A DNA stretch of 64,000 nucleotides from an uncultured Eubacteriales bacterium (GTDB taxonomy: Bacteria > Bacillota > Clostridia > Acetivibrionales > CAVYEU01), in contig CAVYEU010000022.1 of assembly GCA_963767415.1 (NCBI GenBank), forward strand, positions 15,885 to 79,884. Direction: 5' to 3'. Shown in pieces: positions 26,716 through 36,319 of this stretch (position 1 is the first letter of the stretch; each line of letters opens with the position of its first letter). Below the pieces are notes generated by a model. That model had not been told where the DNA came from and made no database searches. It worked only from the letters and a program-made list of their open reading frames with translations. The position numbers and the translations under genes were made by a program.

Positions 26716-29700
26716 TTGAAAAATTATATTGAACTTCAGAATTTAAGAAAAGAGCTTAAAGTAACTCGTAAGGCTGTTGCAGAAGCAATAGGACTTAAAA
26801 ATGCAGTTAAATTATCCAAGTTTGAAGCTGGAGAAGAAGACAAATTGACTGAAGAACAAATTAACGCTTATGAATTATTTTTAGAAAGTATTCCTAATAA
26901 AAATAGGGATTCTAAATCTTCTACTGTAAAAACAGAATTAAATGTACCAACTCTTGAAGAATCTAAGGAAAAGGCTAAAAAAGATAAAGAAAAAAGAACA
27001 AGTCCTCCGTTAAAGAAGCTTATTACAAAGAATGAGGAACTCAAACAGATATCCGATTCTTTAGTCTTACCGAGAAATTTTATAACGGTAGATAATATAG
27101 ACTTATTGAATCAGTGTGTACAGGAATTATCTCAAGAAGAAGTTCGAATATTAGATACTGAAACTTATGGCTCTGACTCAAAGCAAGCCAAGAATCCGAA
27201 TCTGGCAAAGTTTTGCGGATTATCTTTGTGGCTTCCAACAGTAGATAAAGGTTATTGGATTCCTATTGCTTCAGAATATATGAAGTGTTTAGAACCTAGT
27301 ATTGTAAGAAATGCATTAAAACCTGTGTTAAATAATGATTCCAACAGATTCGGTAATTCATGCTTTGTTCAACGAAAAATACGAAAAAACGGTATAGTTA
27401 CAATAGAGAAAATAGAAGTACCTTATAAATTAGTAACTCATAACTATAAATTTGATGCTCATGTTATGAGACATTTTGGAATAGACCTACCTCATGCATG
27501 GTTTGATACTCTAATATGCTCATGGCTTTTAGATGAAAATGATGATCATAATTTAAAGGCACTCTGGAATAAATATTGCTGCAAGGATATTAGCGAAAGT
27601 GCTGATAAATTCAATAAACTATTTGGCAGTATAACCATGAATAAGGTTTATCCGAATATTGCAACTAATTATTCTATAAAAGATGTAAAAATGACTTATG
27701 AATTAATGCTATTTCAGAAGGAACAGCTTGATAATAACAAATTATGTGTAAAAATAGCAGATTTGTTTTGGAATAGAGAAATGCCAGTATTATCTATAGC
27801 TTATGCTGCTGAAAAACAAGGGCTAAGAGTTGATGTAGAATATTTAAGAAATATTGTTTCTCCCAAATTACACAAGGAATGTTCTGAAATATATGATAAA
27901 ATTCTTGAAATTTATGTTCGGGAAGGTCTGAAAGTACCTGAGAATAAAATTGCTGCAGCAATGGAAGAACACAGGTTACGTCAGATATTTAAAAAAGATG
28001 GAGTACCTTATGCTGTTTCTAAAAATGTTGGCTTCAATTTAAACAGTAATCCTCAAAAACAGGAACTTGTATGGGATATGTTAAAGCTTACTCCTCCGAA
28101 ACAACCAAGCAGAAAGAAAGAGGATATCCGAAGTCTAAATTCAAAAAAAGTGTTAAAGAAAATTAGAAAGCAACACTCAATAATTGAATTATTGATGAAA
28201 TATAACACTGCGAATAAGCTTGCCAGTGCTTTTGCTGATGCCTTGCCTAAATCCGTTATTTTATGCTCTGATGGTGTATATAGGGTTTTCCCAAATATAA
28301 ACTCCGCAGGAACAAAAACAGGCAGACAAAGTTGTACTAATCCTAATCTACAACAAATGCCTGCCAGAGTTGGAGAATTAATAAGAAATGCTTTTATTGC
28401 AGAAGAGAAAAGGTTATTACTGGCTGTGGATTATAATCAACAGGAGCTGAGAGTACTTGCCGATATTTCTGAAGATGAAGTATTAACTAAAGCCTTTTTT
28501 GACAAAAAAGATATTCACTCTCTCACAGCTTCAACCGTTTTATCACAGCAGTTAAGTTCTTTTAAAAAAACATTGGAACAATCAATTGAAAATTTAAGCA
28601 AAAGTAATACTGAAATTGCTGAAATATCTAAATTGGTTGCTGGAGTAGAAAAGGAATTATATTTAATTTCAGAGGATGAAATCAACAACCGGGTTAAGGT
28701 CTTGAAGGCAATGCCAAATGAACAACTTATCTCTGAAATTCAAAATAGACTTGATAATTTAGGATACCATTTTACTTACGGTCAAAGCTATGAAATATTT
28801 GAAATGATCCGCAATAAATTAACCCGAATAGTAGTATCCGAAAAAAGTGACAGCAAAGAAGTTGAAAAAACTGTTGGTATACATCCTGTTGAAGAAAGTA
28901 TTAATAACTTTCCATATGCTGACCCAAAATATATAAATTCACTTTATAAAATGGCATCCTCCCTCCCTGATGAAACAATGCTTGAATTATCACATTTTTT
29001 TGAGAAGCAAAGAAAGAACGCTAAAATACTTAATTTCGGTATTGTTTATGGTATGAGTAAATATGGTTTGGCAGATGCCCTTGAAATTGATACCGATACT
29101 GCACAATCATTTATTACAGGGTATTTGTCAGGATACAAAGGAATTATGAGAACTATGTACTTAACACATGAAGAAATGAAGAAAACTACTTTTGTGGAGA
29201 ATAAAGCTGGACGTAAACGCCGTTTCTATAATGAATTTGATAAGATGTATAATGATAAAAGCATGAAATGGCTTCTTGGCTCTTGTCAAAGGCAATCTTT
29301 CAATTTCAAGGTTCAATCTTATTCTGCTGATATGACAAAACAGGCTATGATTGATGTTCAACCGATTTTAGAACGGATTGGCGGTATTATTTTAATGGCT
29401 ATCCACGATGAAATATTATTTTCTGTACCAGCTACTATAACTCAAAATGATATTAAGGAATTAAGAGAAGCTATGCAAAATGCTATACCTCTTTGTGTTC
29501 CTATGACCTCTGATGCTGAAATAGGGCGAAAATGGGGTGAATGTAAGGCTGTATCTGAAATTGCAGATTTTTTAAGCTTGATTGAAGAACTCGATGATAG
29601 TGAAAGAAATGATAATACTACAGTTCTTGATGAAGAATCTGGCTTAGATACAAGCTATTTTGATACTGAAGGGGTCAAAGAAGATGAATTAAATAATGCC

Positions 29701-30348
29701 AATGAAAATGCTATTATGCTTAAAGCAGACAAGGAGGATCAAGTCAAAATGGGAATAGAAATGCTTCAAAACGAAATATTGACTATAAAAAATAAAAATA
29801 TTAGAGATGTCATAACGGAAGTACTTCAAAATGCTCCCACCTATTTTTGGGAGATACCAGCATCCAGCACTGGCAAACATCATCCCGAATATGCTTTAAA
29901 AGAGAATGGCCTCGTAAATCATATTCGAGCAGGAATAATGCTAATTGAAGATACTTTTAAAAATAATACAATTATGAATGTATTCTTTCCCGAAGGTCAC
30001 TCGGAGCTTATAAAGGATTGTATTAGAGGTGCTTATTTGATTCATGATTGTTGCAAAAGTGGTTTAGATAATGTTCCTGTTCCTCATACATGTATTGAGC
30101 ATCCCTTATTAGTCAAGGAATTAACTAAAAAAATAAAGAAATCAACCATAATGAAATTGTCAGAACAAGAAAGGTCTTGTCTGTCATATATGATGGGTGC
30201 AGTCGAGAAACATATGGGGGAATGGATTACAGATTGCAAAGGAAATAAAATTCTCGATACTCCTAAGAATGGGTTAGAAAAATTTATTCATATGGTAGAT
30301 TACTATGCTTCCCGAAAATTCCTTGAAGTAAATTTTGAAGTAAAATAA
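26716..30348 (+). CDS. polA: family A DNA polymerase with N-terminal HTH, 3'-5' exonuclease, fingers insertion and C-terminal HD domain
   Basis: TTG at 26716 is 8 nt after AAGGAG; the track uses GTG at 26707. Exo motifs are ILDTET, NYKFDAHVM and YSIKDVKMTY. Pol motif A is VDYNQQELRVLA, motif B is RKNAKILNFGIVYG and motif C is AIHDEILF. The C-terminal PASSTGKHHPEY...HDCCK resembles phage HD phosphohydrolase domains. Confidence 0.85.
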   Translation: MKNYIELQNLRKELKVTRKAVAEAIGLKNAVKLSKFEAGEEDKLTEEQINAYELFLESIPNKNRDSKSSTVKTELNVPTLEESKEKAKKDKEKRTSPPLKKLITKNEELKQISDSLVLPRNFITVDNIDLLNQCVQELSQEEVRILDTETYGSDSKQAKNPNLAKFCGLSLWLPTVDKGYWIPIASEYMKCLEPSIVRNALKPVLNNDSNRFGNSCFVQRKIRKNGIVTIEKIEVPYKLVTHNYKFDAHVMRHFGIDLPHAWFDTLICSWLLDENDDHNLKALWNKYCCKDISESADKFNKLFGSITMNKVYPNIATNYSIKDVKMTYELMLFQKEQLDNNKLCVKIADLFWNREMPVLSIAYAAEKQGLRVDVEYLRNIVSPKLHKECSEIYDKILEIYVREGLKVPENKIAAAMEEHRLRQIFKKDGVPYAVSKNVGFNLNSNPQKQELVWDMLKLTPPKQPSRKKEDIRSLNSKKVLKKIRKQHSIIELLMKYNTANKLASAFADALPKSVILCSDGVYRVFPNINSAGTKTGRQSCTNPNLQQMPARVGELIRNAFIAEEKRLLLAVDYNQQELRVLADISEDEVLTKAFFDKKDIHSLTASTVLSQQLSSFKKTLEQSIENLSKSNTEIAEISKLVAGVEKELYLISEDEINNRVKVLKAMPNEQLISEIQNRLDNLGYHFTYGQSYEIFEMIRNKLTRIVVSEKSDSKEVEKTVGIHPVEESINNFPYADPKYINSLYKMASSLPDETMLELSHFFEKQRKNAKILNFGIVYGMSKYGLADALEIDTDTAQSFITGYLSGYKGIMRTMYLTHEEMKKTTFVENKAGRKRRFYNEFDKMYNDKSMKWLLGSCQRQSFNFKVQSYSADMTKQAMIDVQPILERIGGIILMAIHDEILFSVPATITQNDIKELREAMQNAIPLCVPMTSDAEIGRKWGECKAVSEIADFLSLIEELDDSERNDNTTVLDEESGLDTSYFDTEGVKEDELNNANENAIMLKADKEDQVKMGIEMLQNEILTIKNKNIRDVITEVLQNAPTYFWEIPASSTGKHHPEYALKENGLVNHIRAGIMLIEDTFKNNTIMNVFFPEGHSELIKDCIRGAYLIHDCCKSGLDNVPVPHTCIEHPLLVKELTKKIKKSTIMKLSEQERSCLSYMMGAVEKHMGEWITDCKGNKILDTPKNGLEKFIHMVDYYASRKFLEVNFEVK

Positions 30349-30360
30349 ATTTTTTGCTGA

Positions 30361-30390
30361 CCTAAAAAAGAGGACTTTTATATCGTATAT
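30361..30390 (+). promoter_or_regulatory. phage promoter motif CCTAAA-N16-TCGTATAT (copy 4)
   Basis: CCTAAA at 30361-30366 and TCGTATAT at 30383-30390, with a 16 nt spacer. Lies upstream of the methylase. Confidence 0.55.
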
Positions 30391-30417
30391 AAGATCGAAA
30401 GGAGATGTGTCGGTCTT

Positions 30418-31278
30418 ATGAGTATATACGTTAAAAGTCCTCTTAATTATATTGGCGGTAAATTTAAGTTGTTACCTCAGATAATACCTTTGTTTCCTGA
30501 CAGAATTAATAATTTTATAGATTTATTTTGCGGAGGAGCAAATATTGGAATAAATGCTAATGCAGATACTATCATTTGTAATGATATTCAAAAAGAAGTG
30601 ATAGGATTTTGCAACGTTTGTAAAAAACAGTCCAGCAGCGAATTATTAAGAGTATTAAAAGATACAATTGAGTTATACAAATTATCTAAAGTAAATAAGG
30701 AAGGTTATATTAATCTGAGAAATGATTATAATTCAGGAAACAGAGCTTGGAATACCTTCTATGCTCTTGTTTCACACTCTTTTAATAATCAGATTAGTTT
30801 CAATAAAAAACATGAATTTACTGAATCTTCTGGTCGCAATAGAAGTTGGTTCAACCCTAATCTTGAAGCCAATTTTATAAAATTTATAGACCATCTCAAA
30901 ACCAAAAATATTGATTTTATTTCTTATGATTTTAGGAATATAAAATTTACTCACTTGTCTGAGGAAGATTTTCTATATGTTGATCCTCCATACTTAATAG
31001 CTAGTGCTAATTACAATAGAAATGGCAGTTGGAGCAATAAAGATGAAATTGACCTCCTAAATATTTTGGATGATTTCAATTCAAAAAAAGTTCGGTTTGC
31101 ACTCTCTAATGTTTTAAGACATAAGGGAAAATCCAATAATCTGCTCAAGGATTGGAGCAGCAAATACAATGTCCATCGGATAGAGAATGACTACAGAAAT
31201 TGCATTTACTGTACTAAAGATAAGTCTATAGGTTCAACTGATGAAGTATTAATAACCAATTATTTGAAAGGAGCTTAA
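30418..31278 (+). CDS. dam: DNA adenine methyltransferase (Dam/D12 class)
   Basis: 286 aa. N-terminal SPLNYIGGKFKLLPQIIPLFP, FCGGANIG (SAM-binding) and the catalytic DPPY in FLYVDPPYLIA. Confidence 0.85.
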   Translation: MSIYVKSPLNYIGGKFKLLPQIIPLFPDRINNFIDLFCGGANIGINANADTIICNDIQKEVIGFCNVCKKQSSSELLRVLKDTIELYKLSKVNKEGYINLRNDYNSGNRAWNTFYALVSHSFNNQISFNKKHEFTESSGRNRSWFNPNLEANFIKFIDHLKTKNIDFISYDFRNIKFTHLSEEDFLYVDPPYLIASANYNRNGSWSNKDEIDLLNILDDFNSKKVRFALSNVLRHKGKSNNLLKDWSSKYNVHRIENDYRNCIYCTKDKSIGSTDEVLITNYLKGA

Positions 31279-31280
31279 TA

Positions 31281-32195
31281 ATGGCTAATTTAAAAGGTTT
31301 AACAACTGCAATGAAAGAACTTGATAAAAAAGAAAAAGAACAGTCATTTACCGAAAAGTTTTTAAAGGAATATGACAGAATTATCGAAGCACTGAATACT
31401 AAAATCAATAACGATCAGGCTATCAGCAAACGTAAGGTTTGGAAGCCGTCTCATATTTCTAAATGTGAGATAAATCTTTATTATTACTTTCTTGATAAAC
31501 CAGCAAATTTTAACTCTGTAAAAGCAAGAACATGGAGAGCTTTTGGTTTCGGCACAGCCCATCATCGTTGGAATCAAGAAGAAATATTGGCTAAAGTAAG
31601 AGAAGTTACAGATTCTAAAATTGAGCTGCTTGATCTTAACAGGCTTGAGCTTCCAAATGGAACAAAAATAATTGAAAGGAAAGACCCTCTGGAACAAAAA
31701 CTGCAAAAGGCTCTATTGGAATTAAATTTATCTGAGGAATTAGTAAATACAGCTGTAAGTAAATTTAACGCTGAAAATATAATCGGAATTAGAGACACTG
31801 AATGGAAGTTTTTTAATGAAAAATACAATGTTTCGGGTATGATTGACGGTGCCATTTCTTTTGAAACCAAAAATATTATTTGGGAATACAAAACCATAAA
31901 ACCTGACGATTACAAGTTTCTTGTTGAAGTTCATAAAAAGTATTTAGAACAAGGTGCGATGTATTATCTCTGTCTTGGGATTCCATATATTTTATTTCAG
32001 TATGAAGATAAAGGAAGTCATGAATTTAAAGCCTTTGAATATGAATATAAACCAGTTCATTCAGAGTGGGTTATCGCTAAAATGGAGCGTATTAATAAAT
32101 GTATTGAACACAGGGTATTACCACCAAAACCTGTAGATGATTTTAATTGTAAGTTTTGCGAATACAAAGAGATATGTATCAAAAGAGAAAAATAA
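31281..32195 (+). CDS. PD-(D/E)xK exonuclease, Cas4/RecB-like with C-terminal Cys cluster
   Basis: 304 aa. MIDGAI ... WEYKT (D...ExK), an N-terminal Cys, and a C-terminal CKFCEYKEIC (C-x2-C-x5-C) typical of Cas4-type iron-sulfur nucleases. Confidence 0.6.
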   Translation: MANLKGLTTAMKELDKKEKEQSFTEKFLKEYDRIIEALNTKINNDQAISKRKVWKPSHISKCEINLYYYFLDKPANFNSVKARTWRAFGFGTAHHRWNQEEILAKVREVTDSKIELLDLNRLELPNGTKIIERKDPLEQKLQKALLELNLSEELVNTAVSKFNAENIIGIRDTEWKFFNEKYNVSGMIDGAISFETKNIIWEYKTIKPDDYKFLVEVHKKYLEQGAMYYLCLGIPYILFQYEDKGSHEFKAFEYEYKPVHSEWVIAKMERINKCIEHRVLPPKPVDDFNCKFCEYKEICIKREK

Positions 32196-32230
32196 ACATA
32201 TGTACTTTTCAAAAATTATTTTTTTTGTGA

Positions 32231-32260
32231 GCTAAAAAATTAACTTTCTATATCGTATAT
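32231..32260 (+). promoter_or_regulatory. phage promoter motif GCTAAA-N16-TCGTATAT (copy 5)
   Basis: GCTAAA at 32231-32236 and TCGTATAT at 32253-32260, with a 16 nt spacer. Lies upstream of the nuclease/recombination block. Confidence 0.55.
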
Positions 32261-32286
32261 AAGATTTAAAAGGTGGGTGAATTAAT

Positions 32287-32832
32287 TTGCAAAACCAAAA
32301 AATAAAAACTTGGCAGCATAACAATAAAGGATCAAAACGTCCAGATTTAGGTCATTATGTTAGAAGTACATGGGAAGCTAATATTGCCCGGCTATTTAAG
32401 CTATTTGGTATAAATTACATATATGAGCCTCAAACATTTAAGTTTCCTGTAAAGAAAGGAAACACAGCTTATACACCTGATTTTTACCTGCCTGAGTACA
32501 ATTTGTATATTGAAGTTAAAGGATATATGTATTTTAGCAGTAGAGTTAAGTTAAAAAGAATGTTTAGGTATTATTCCAATTTAAAATTACTCATTCTATC
32601 AAAAAACTGCTACAAGCTTTTAGAATCCCAATACAGCTTTCTTATTGAGGAATGGGAATATGAAAAACAAAAAACCAAAAAACTTTCTGATCTTAAAAAT
32701 CAGGCAGGAGATAATTTTTCTCTTAATAGGGATAATTTTATACAAATTTTCCAGAGTTTCCAGAACGAGGAGGTGAAGAAACTTTATGAACCGTCAAAGC
32801 GAAGCTCTAGACAATCAACAGAAAGAATCTGA
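32287..32832 (+). CDS. putative endonuclease (T7 endonuclease I-like junction resolvase motif)
   Basis: 181 aa, TTG start after AAGGTGGGTG. YTPDFYLPEYNLYIEVKGY resembles the Y.PDF....G..(I/V)E.KG core of T7 gp3-type endonucleases. Confidence 0.4.
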   Translation: MQNQKIKTWQHNNKGSKRPDLGHYVRSTWEANIARLFKLFGINYIYEPQTFKFPVKKGNTAYTPDFYLPEYNLYIEVKGYMYFSSRVKLKRMFRYYSNLKLLILSKNCYKLLESQYSFLIEEWEYEKQKTKKLSDLKNQAGDNFSLNRDNFIQIFQSFQNEEVKKLYEPSKRSSRQSTERI

Positions 32833-33469
32833 AAATGAGCAGTTTGTTCAGAAGCAAATAAAGAAGAATCCTACTGTTCTGAGAGGACTTCAAGAAGGCT
32901 TAAAAAAAGTTGGTGTGAAAGGTAATGCTCTATCAGATAGATCTGCAAATGATATTAGAAAAGAGATAGAAAACTTTAATCAAACAAAATCAATTGTAAA
33001 TATTATTTTAAAAGCAGGGATTCCCATTCCTAATAAAGTGGATATTGATCTTGAAGACGAATGGGGAGCAGTTAAAAACAAATACAATGGCTTATCAAAT
33101 ATACCTTCTCCGTTATTGGGTGAATATTTAGATAAATTCAGCACAATTTTGGGATATGCCTACTACTGCCAAGCAATAGCGGATTATGAAAGTATGTCTC
33201 TAAAAACACAGAAGGAATTTGCAAAGGAAAAGTTATTTTTAATTCAGCCTACCATGTCTAACAAAGATACTCAGGTTGCCCTTGTTCATAATGAACCGCT
33301 TTATTGTGAGTTAACAGAAAAATATCTGATCGAATATGGCAAATGGAGAATTATAACGGCTTTAGTCAATAGTTATGAACGTAAAACTGAAGCTATATCT
33401 CGTGAGATAACTCGCAGAGGAAATGAAATTAATTTTGATAACAGAAGTCATAACATCAGCAATATGTAA
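32786..33469 (+). CDS. hypothetical protein
   Basis: 227 aa ORF overlapping the upstream gene by 47 nt. GAGGAGG lies upstream. No motif recognised. Confidence 0.5.
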   Translation: MNRQSEALDNQQKESENEQFVQKQIKKNPTVLRGLQEGLKKVGVKGNALSDRSANDIRKEIENFNQTKSIVNIILKAGIPIPNKVDIDLEDEWGAVKNKYNGLSNIPSPLLGEYLDKFSTILGYAYYCQAIADYESMSLKTQKEFAKEKLFLIQPTMSNKDTQVALVHNEPLYCELTEKYLIEYGKWRIITALVNSYERKTEAISREITRRGNEINFDNRSHNISNM

Positions 33470-33623
33470 TCAAAATTGTAGGAGGAGAAACAAATGCAAA
33501 ATATTCAAACACTCAAACCAAAGATAGTGAATCTGTAACTCTAGGTAGAGAAATAGCTGAAACAAATTTCAGAGAAGAGTTTAGAAAGTAGAACAAAAAT
33601 AAACTAAAGTGAGGATGATCAGA

Positions 33624-33884
33624 ATGGAGATAAGAAATAAAATACTCAGAATTATTGAAGAAACGGTAGGCATTTTTGCAGAAGAACTAAAAATGGAGGC
33701 TCTTATTGAGGCAAATGATATTGATGAACTGGATTTCCTAAATATGATAATAGCTGTTGAAGAAGAATTTAATGTTGATCTTGAGGATTTAGGGTTTGAG
33801 GACATCAGAACTTTAACTGTTAATGATTTTATAGATTATGCTGAAACTACTGTAAATTCTGATAAACAAACTTTATGCAAATAA
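33624..33884 (+). CDS. acidic acyl-carrier-protein-like protein lacking the phosphopantetheine serine
   Basis: The likely start is ATG 33624 after GTGAGGA. EANDIDELDFLNMIIAVEEEFNVDLEDL aligns by eye with the ACP core LGLDSLDTVELVMALEEEF, with Glu at the Ser position. Confidence 0.4.
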   Translation: MEIRNKILRIIEETVGIFAEELKMEALIEANDIDELDFLNMIIAVEEEFNVDLEDLGFEDIRTLTVNDFIDYAETTVNSDKQTLCK

Positions 33885-33902
33885 TCTTAGGAGATACCTC
33901 AA

Positions 33903-35013
33903 ATGGCTAAAAAAGAACCCATTGTAAAGGAATGTGAATTAACTATTCAATCACAGGAATCAAATAAAGAACTTGAAAGAGAAAGTCTTATTAAGCAAGT
34001 TGAAGCTGAATATGGTAAGGGAGCTATATTTCTTTTAGGCAAAAAGCAAGCTACAGAATGGGAATTTCGTTCAACCGGGTCTATTGGTCTTGATATAGCC
34101 TGTGGAGGAGGAATTCCCAAAGGAGCACCAATTGTAATTCATGGTGCTGAAGGAGTTGGCAAATCATCAATTGCATGTATGATTTGTGCAGAAGCCCAAA
34201 AAAATGGTGAAGAGATATTCATTGTTGAACCAGAACAAGCTTTTAATCCAAATTGGGCAAGAAAATTAGGAATGTATATACCTCAAAATGAATTTGATAA
34301 ATACCCAGAGGGATATGGAGGAGTTTGGTTTCATCAGCCTTGCAGTCCTGCAGAAGATACATTGGATTTTATTGAATTCTTAGTTGACACAAAAAAATAT
34401 GGAATTATCGTACTTGATTCTATACCCGCATTAGTTACAAAAGCTGAAATTGATGGAGGCTTTGCAGACAGACAAGTTGGAGAACAAGCCAGACTTGTTG
34501 CTAAAGCAATGAGAAAATTAGTTTGGACAGGGAAGCTAAGAAATTCAGGAACTTCACTTATTTGTATCAATCAAATCAGGGATAAGATAGGAACTATATT
34601 CGGTGGAACTGAATCAACCGGGTGGCAGAGCATTAAAATTTGCAGCTATTGAGGATATCGAGGTTTATTCTGTTGGTTCTATAGAAGTAGGAGAAGACGG
34701 AAAGAAGAAAAAAATTGGTCAAAAAGTAGGTTGTAAACTCACAAAAAATAAATGTGCTCCTCCATACAGAACAACTGAATTTTCACTTTATTATGAACAA
34801 GGTATAGATAGGCTTGAAGAAGCTGTTACAATAGGTTCTATGCTTAATATTATTGATGTTAAAGGCTCTTGGTATCAATTTTTAGATAAAGCCAGCGGAG
34901 AAATTGTTATAGATAAGGTTCAAGGCAAAGAGAAATTTAAACAATCTATGATTGATGTACCAGAAAAATATCTTAAATTGCTAAATTCAATCAATTTAAT
35001 TATCAGAGAATAA
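33903..35013 (+). CDS. recA: RecA recombinase, interrupted by a frameshift near 34619-34623
   Basis: ORF 33903-34652 carries Walker A (GAEGVGKSS), VLDSIPAL and INQIRDKIGTIFGG. ORF 34603-35013 continues GGRALKFAA...KNKCAPPYRTTEF in the +1 frame. Removing one base in ACCGGGTGGC restores TESTGGRALKF. Confidence 0.8.
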
Positions 35014-35029
35014 GTGGAGGTTTTATAAT

Positions 35030-35416
35030 ATGCCAAATAACTTTAGTCAACGTACTGATCAAAAGCAAGCAAAACGAATAACAAAATCTCTTAACCAACT
35101 TGCTGCTAAAGTAAATTTTGATTTATCAGTAAAAATGGATAGACAAAGCGGTGCTGGCAACATCAAAGGAGATGTTAATGATTTTTTCTTCAAGTATGAA
35201 TTAAAGAATCGAAAGAAACCCTCTGAATCTATAACGATCAAGAAAAAATATTATGATAAAATTCAGGCAGAATGCCTTACCAACCTTACTTCTAATCAAA
35301 TACCTGCTGTAGTATTCGGATTCGGTGACGAAGATGATATTTTTAGCATTCGTTGGAAACACTTTATTCAACTTTTTAAAGAATTTTTGGAATGGAAAAA
35401 GGATTTCAGAAATTAA
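35030..35416 (+). CDS. hypothetical protein, possibly a small PD-(D/E)xK-type nuclease
   Basis: 128 aa, last gene of the plus-strand module. GNIKGDV ... FKYELKNRK is weakly reminiscent of a D...ExK nuclease core. Confidence 0.3.
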   Translation: MPNNFSQRTDQKQAKRITKSLNQLAAKVNFDLSVKMDRQSGAGNIKGDVNDFFFKYELKNRKKPSESITIKKKYYDKIQAECLTNLTSNQIPAVVFGFGDEDDIFSIRWKHFIQLFKEFLEWKKDFRN

Positions 35417-35560
35417 ATATTTCTACGCTCCTTCTCCAACTGCTTTATGGAAAATTAATATTGTTAATATCAATGGACAGTGATATTTTTGTTTTTAATA
35501 CAAATATAAATTTGGCCTATAATTATAATTCTTAAACTATTTTTTACAGTATTGTTTGAT

Positions 35561-36319
35561 CTAGTAACCAATAATTTTACCTTTCTTTAATGCAATTTTT
35601 TCAATGTATCTAAAACAAATTACTCCTAATACAAAATAAAAAATAGAGGTTAATATAAATAAACCCAAGTAATTTAAAGAATGTGAAAAAAGAGAATTAT
35701 TGTTTAAAAGTAAATCTACTAAAATACTTTTAGCATATGAAAAAGGAATAAATAAATTTTCATCAAATTTTATTATAGAATAAGTAATACCAATTTTAAC
35801 CAAAGCACTTAATAAATTAATTTCTTTTGAAATCAGCGATATTCCAGCTAATATTATCCCTATTCCGTATAGTCCTAATAAGCCTATGAATGAAGTCAGT
35901 AAAAACGATATAAAATCAAATGAATTTGTGTTTTTAGTAATAATATTTGAAATAATAATTACTATTGTAGTAAAAGACATTATTGATATTGATTGGATAA
36001 ACAATCTGGTGATTAAGATATTTCTTAACCCAAAAGGAGATAAAATAAGTTGTTCTATCGTGCCTATTCGAGATTCATTTAATATAATGTTACCTGTTTG
36101 AGAAAATGAAGATAAAACTAGCGATAAAACAATAAATACAACTATTGCTGATTGATAGTCCAGCCCGAAAAAAGCAGTTCCATCACTACTAATAGAGTTA
36201 TAATAAAGGGCGGTTATTGATACTATACTAATAAATAACCCTAATATTATTCTAAATTTGTTATTTTTAATTTCCCATATTTGTTTAAATAAATTACATT
36301 TAATCAGGTTATATATCAT
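35561..36319 (-). CDS. ABC-2-type transporter permease
   Basis: 252 aa with about six hydrophobic segments. Overlaps the upstream ABC ATPase gene by 11 nt. Confidence 0.65.
   Translation of the reverse strand: MIYNLIKCNLFKQIWEIKNNKFRIILGLFISIVSITALYYNSISSDGTAFFGLDYQSAIVVFIVLSLVLSSFSQTGNIILNESRIGTIEQLILSPFGLRNILITRLFIQSISIMSFTTIVIIISNIITKNTNSFDFISFLLTSFIGLLGLYGIGIILAGISLISKEINLLSALVKIGITYSIIKFDENLFIPFSYAKSILVDLLLNNNSLFSHSLNYLGLFILTSIFYFVLGVICFRYIEKIALKKGKIIGY

Noticed and set aside
28550-28995. The insertion of about 150 aa between PolA motifs A and B could be a second intein.
   Set aside because: There is no Cys/Ser/Thr at the upstream junction, no terminal His-Asn followed by a nucleophile, and no endonuclease blocks. 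The segment is helical and charged, so it looks like a fingers-subdomain elaboration.
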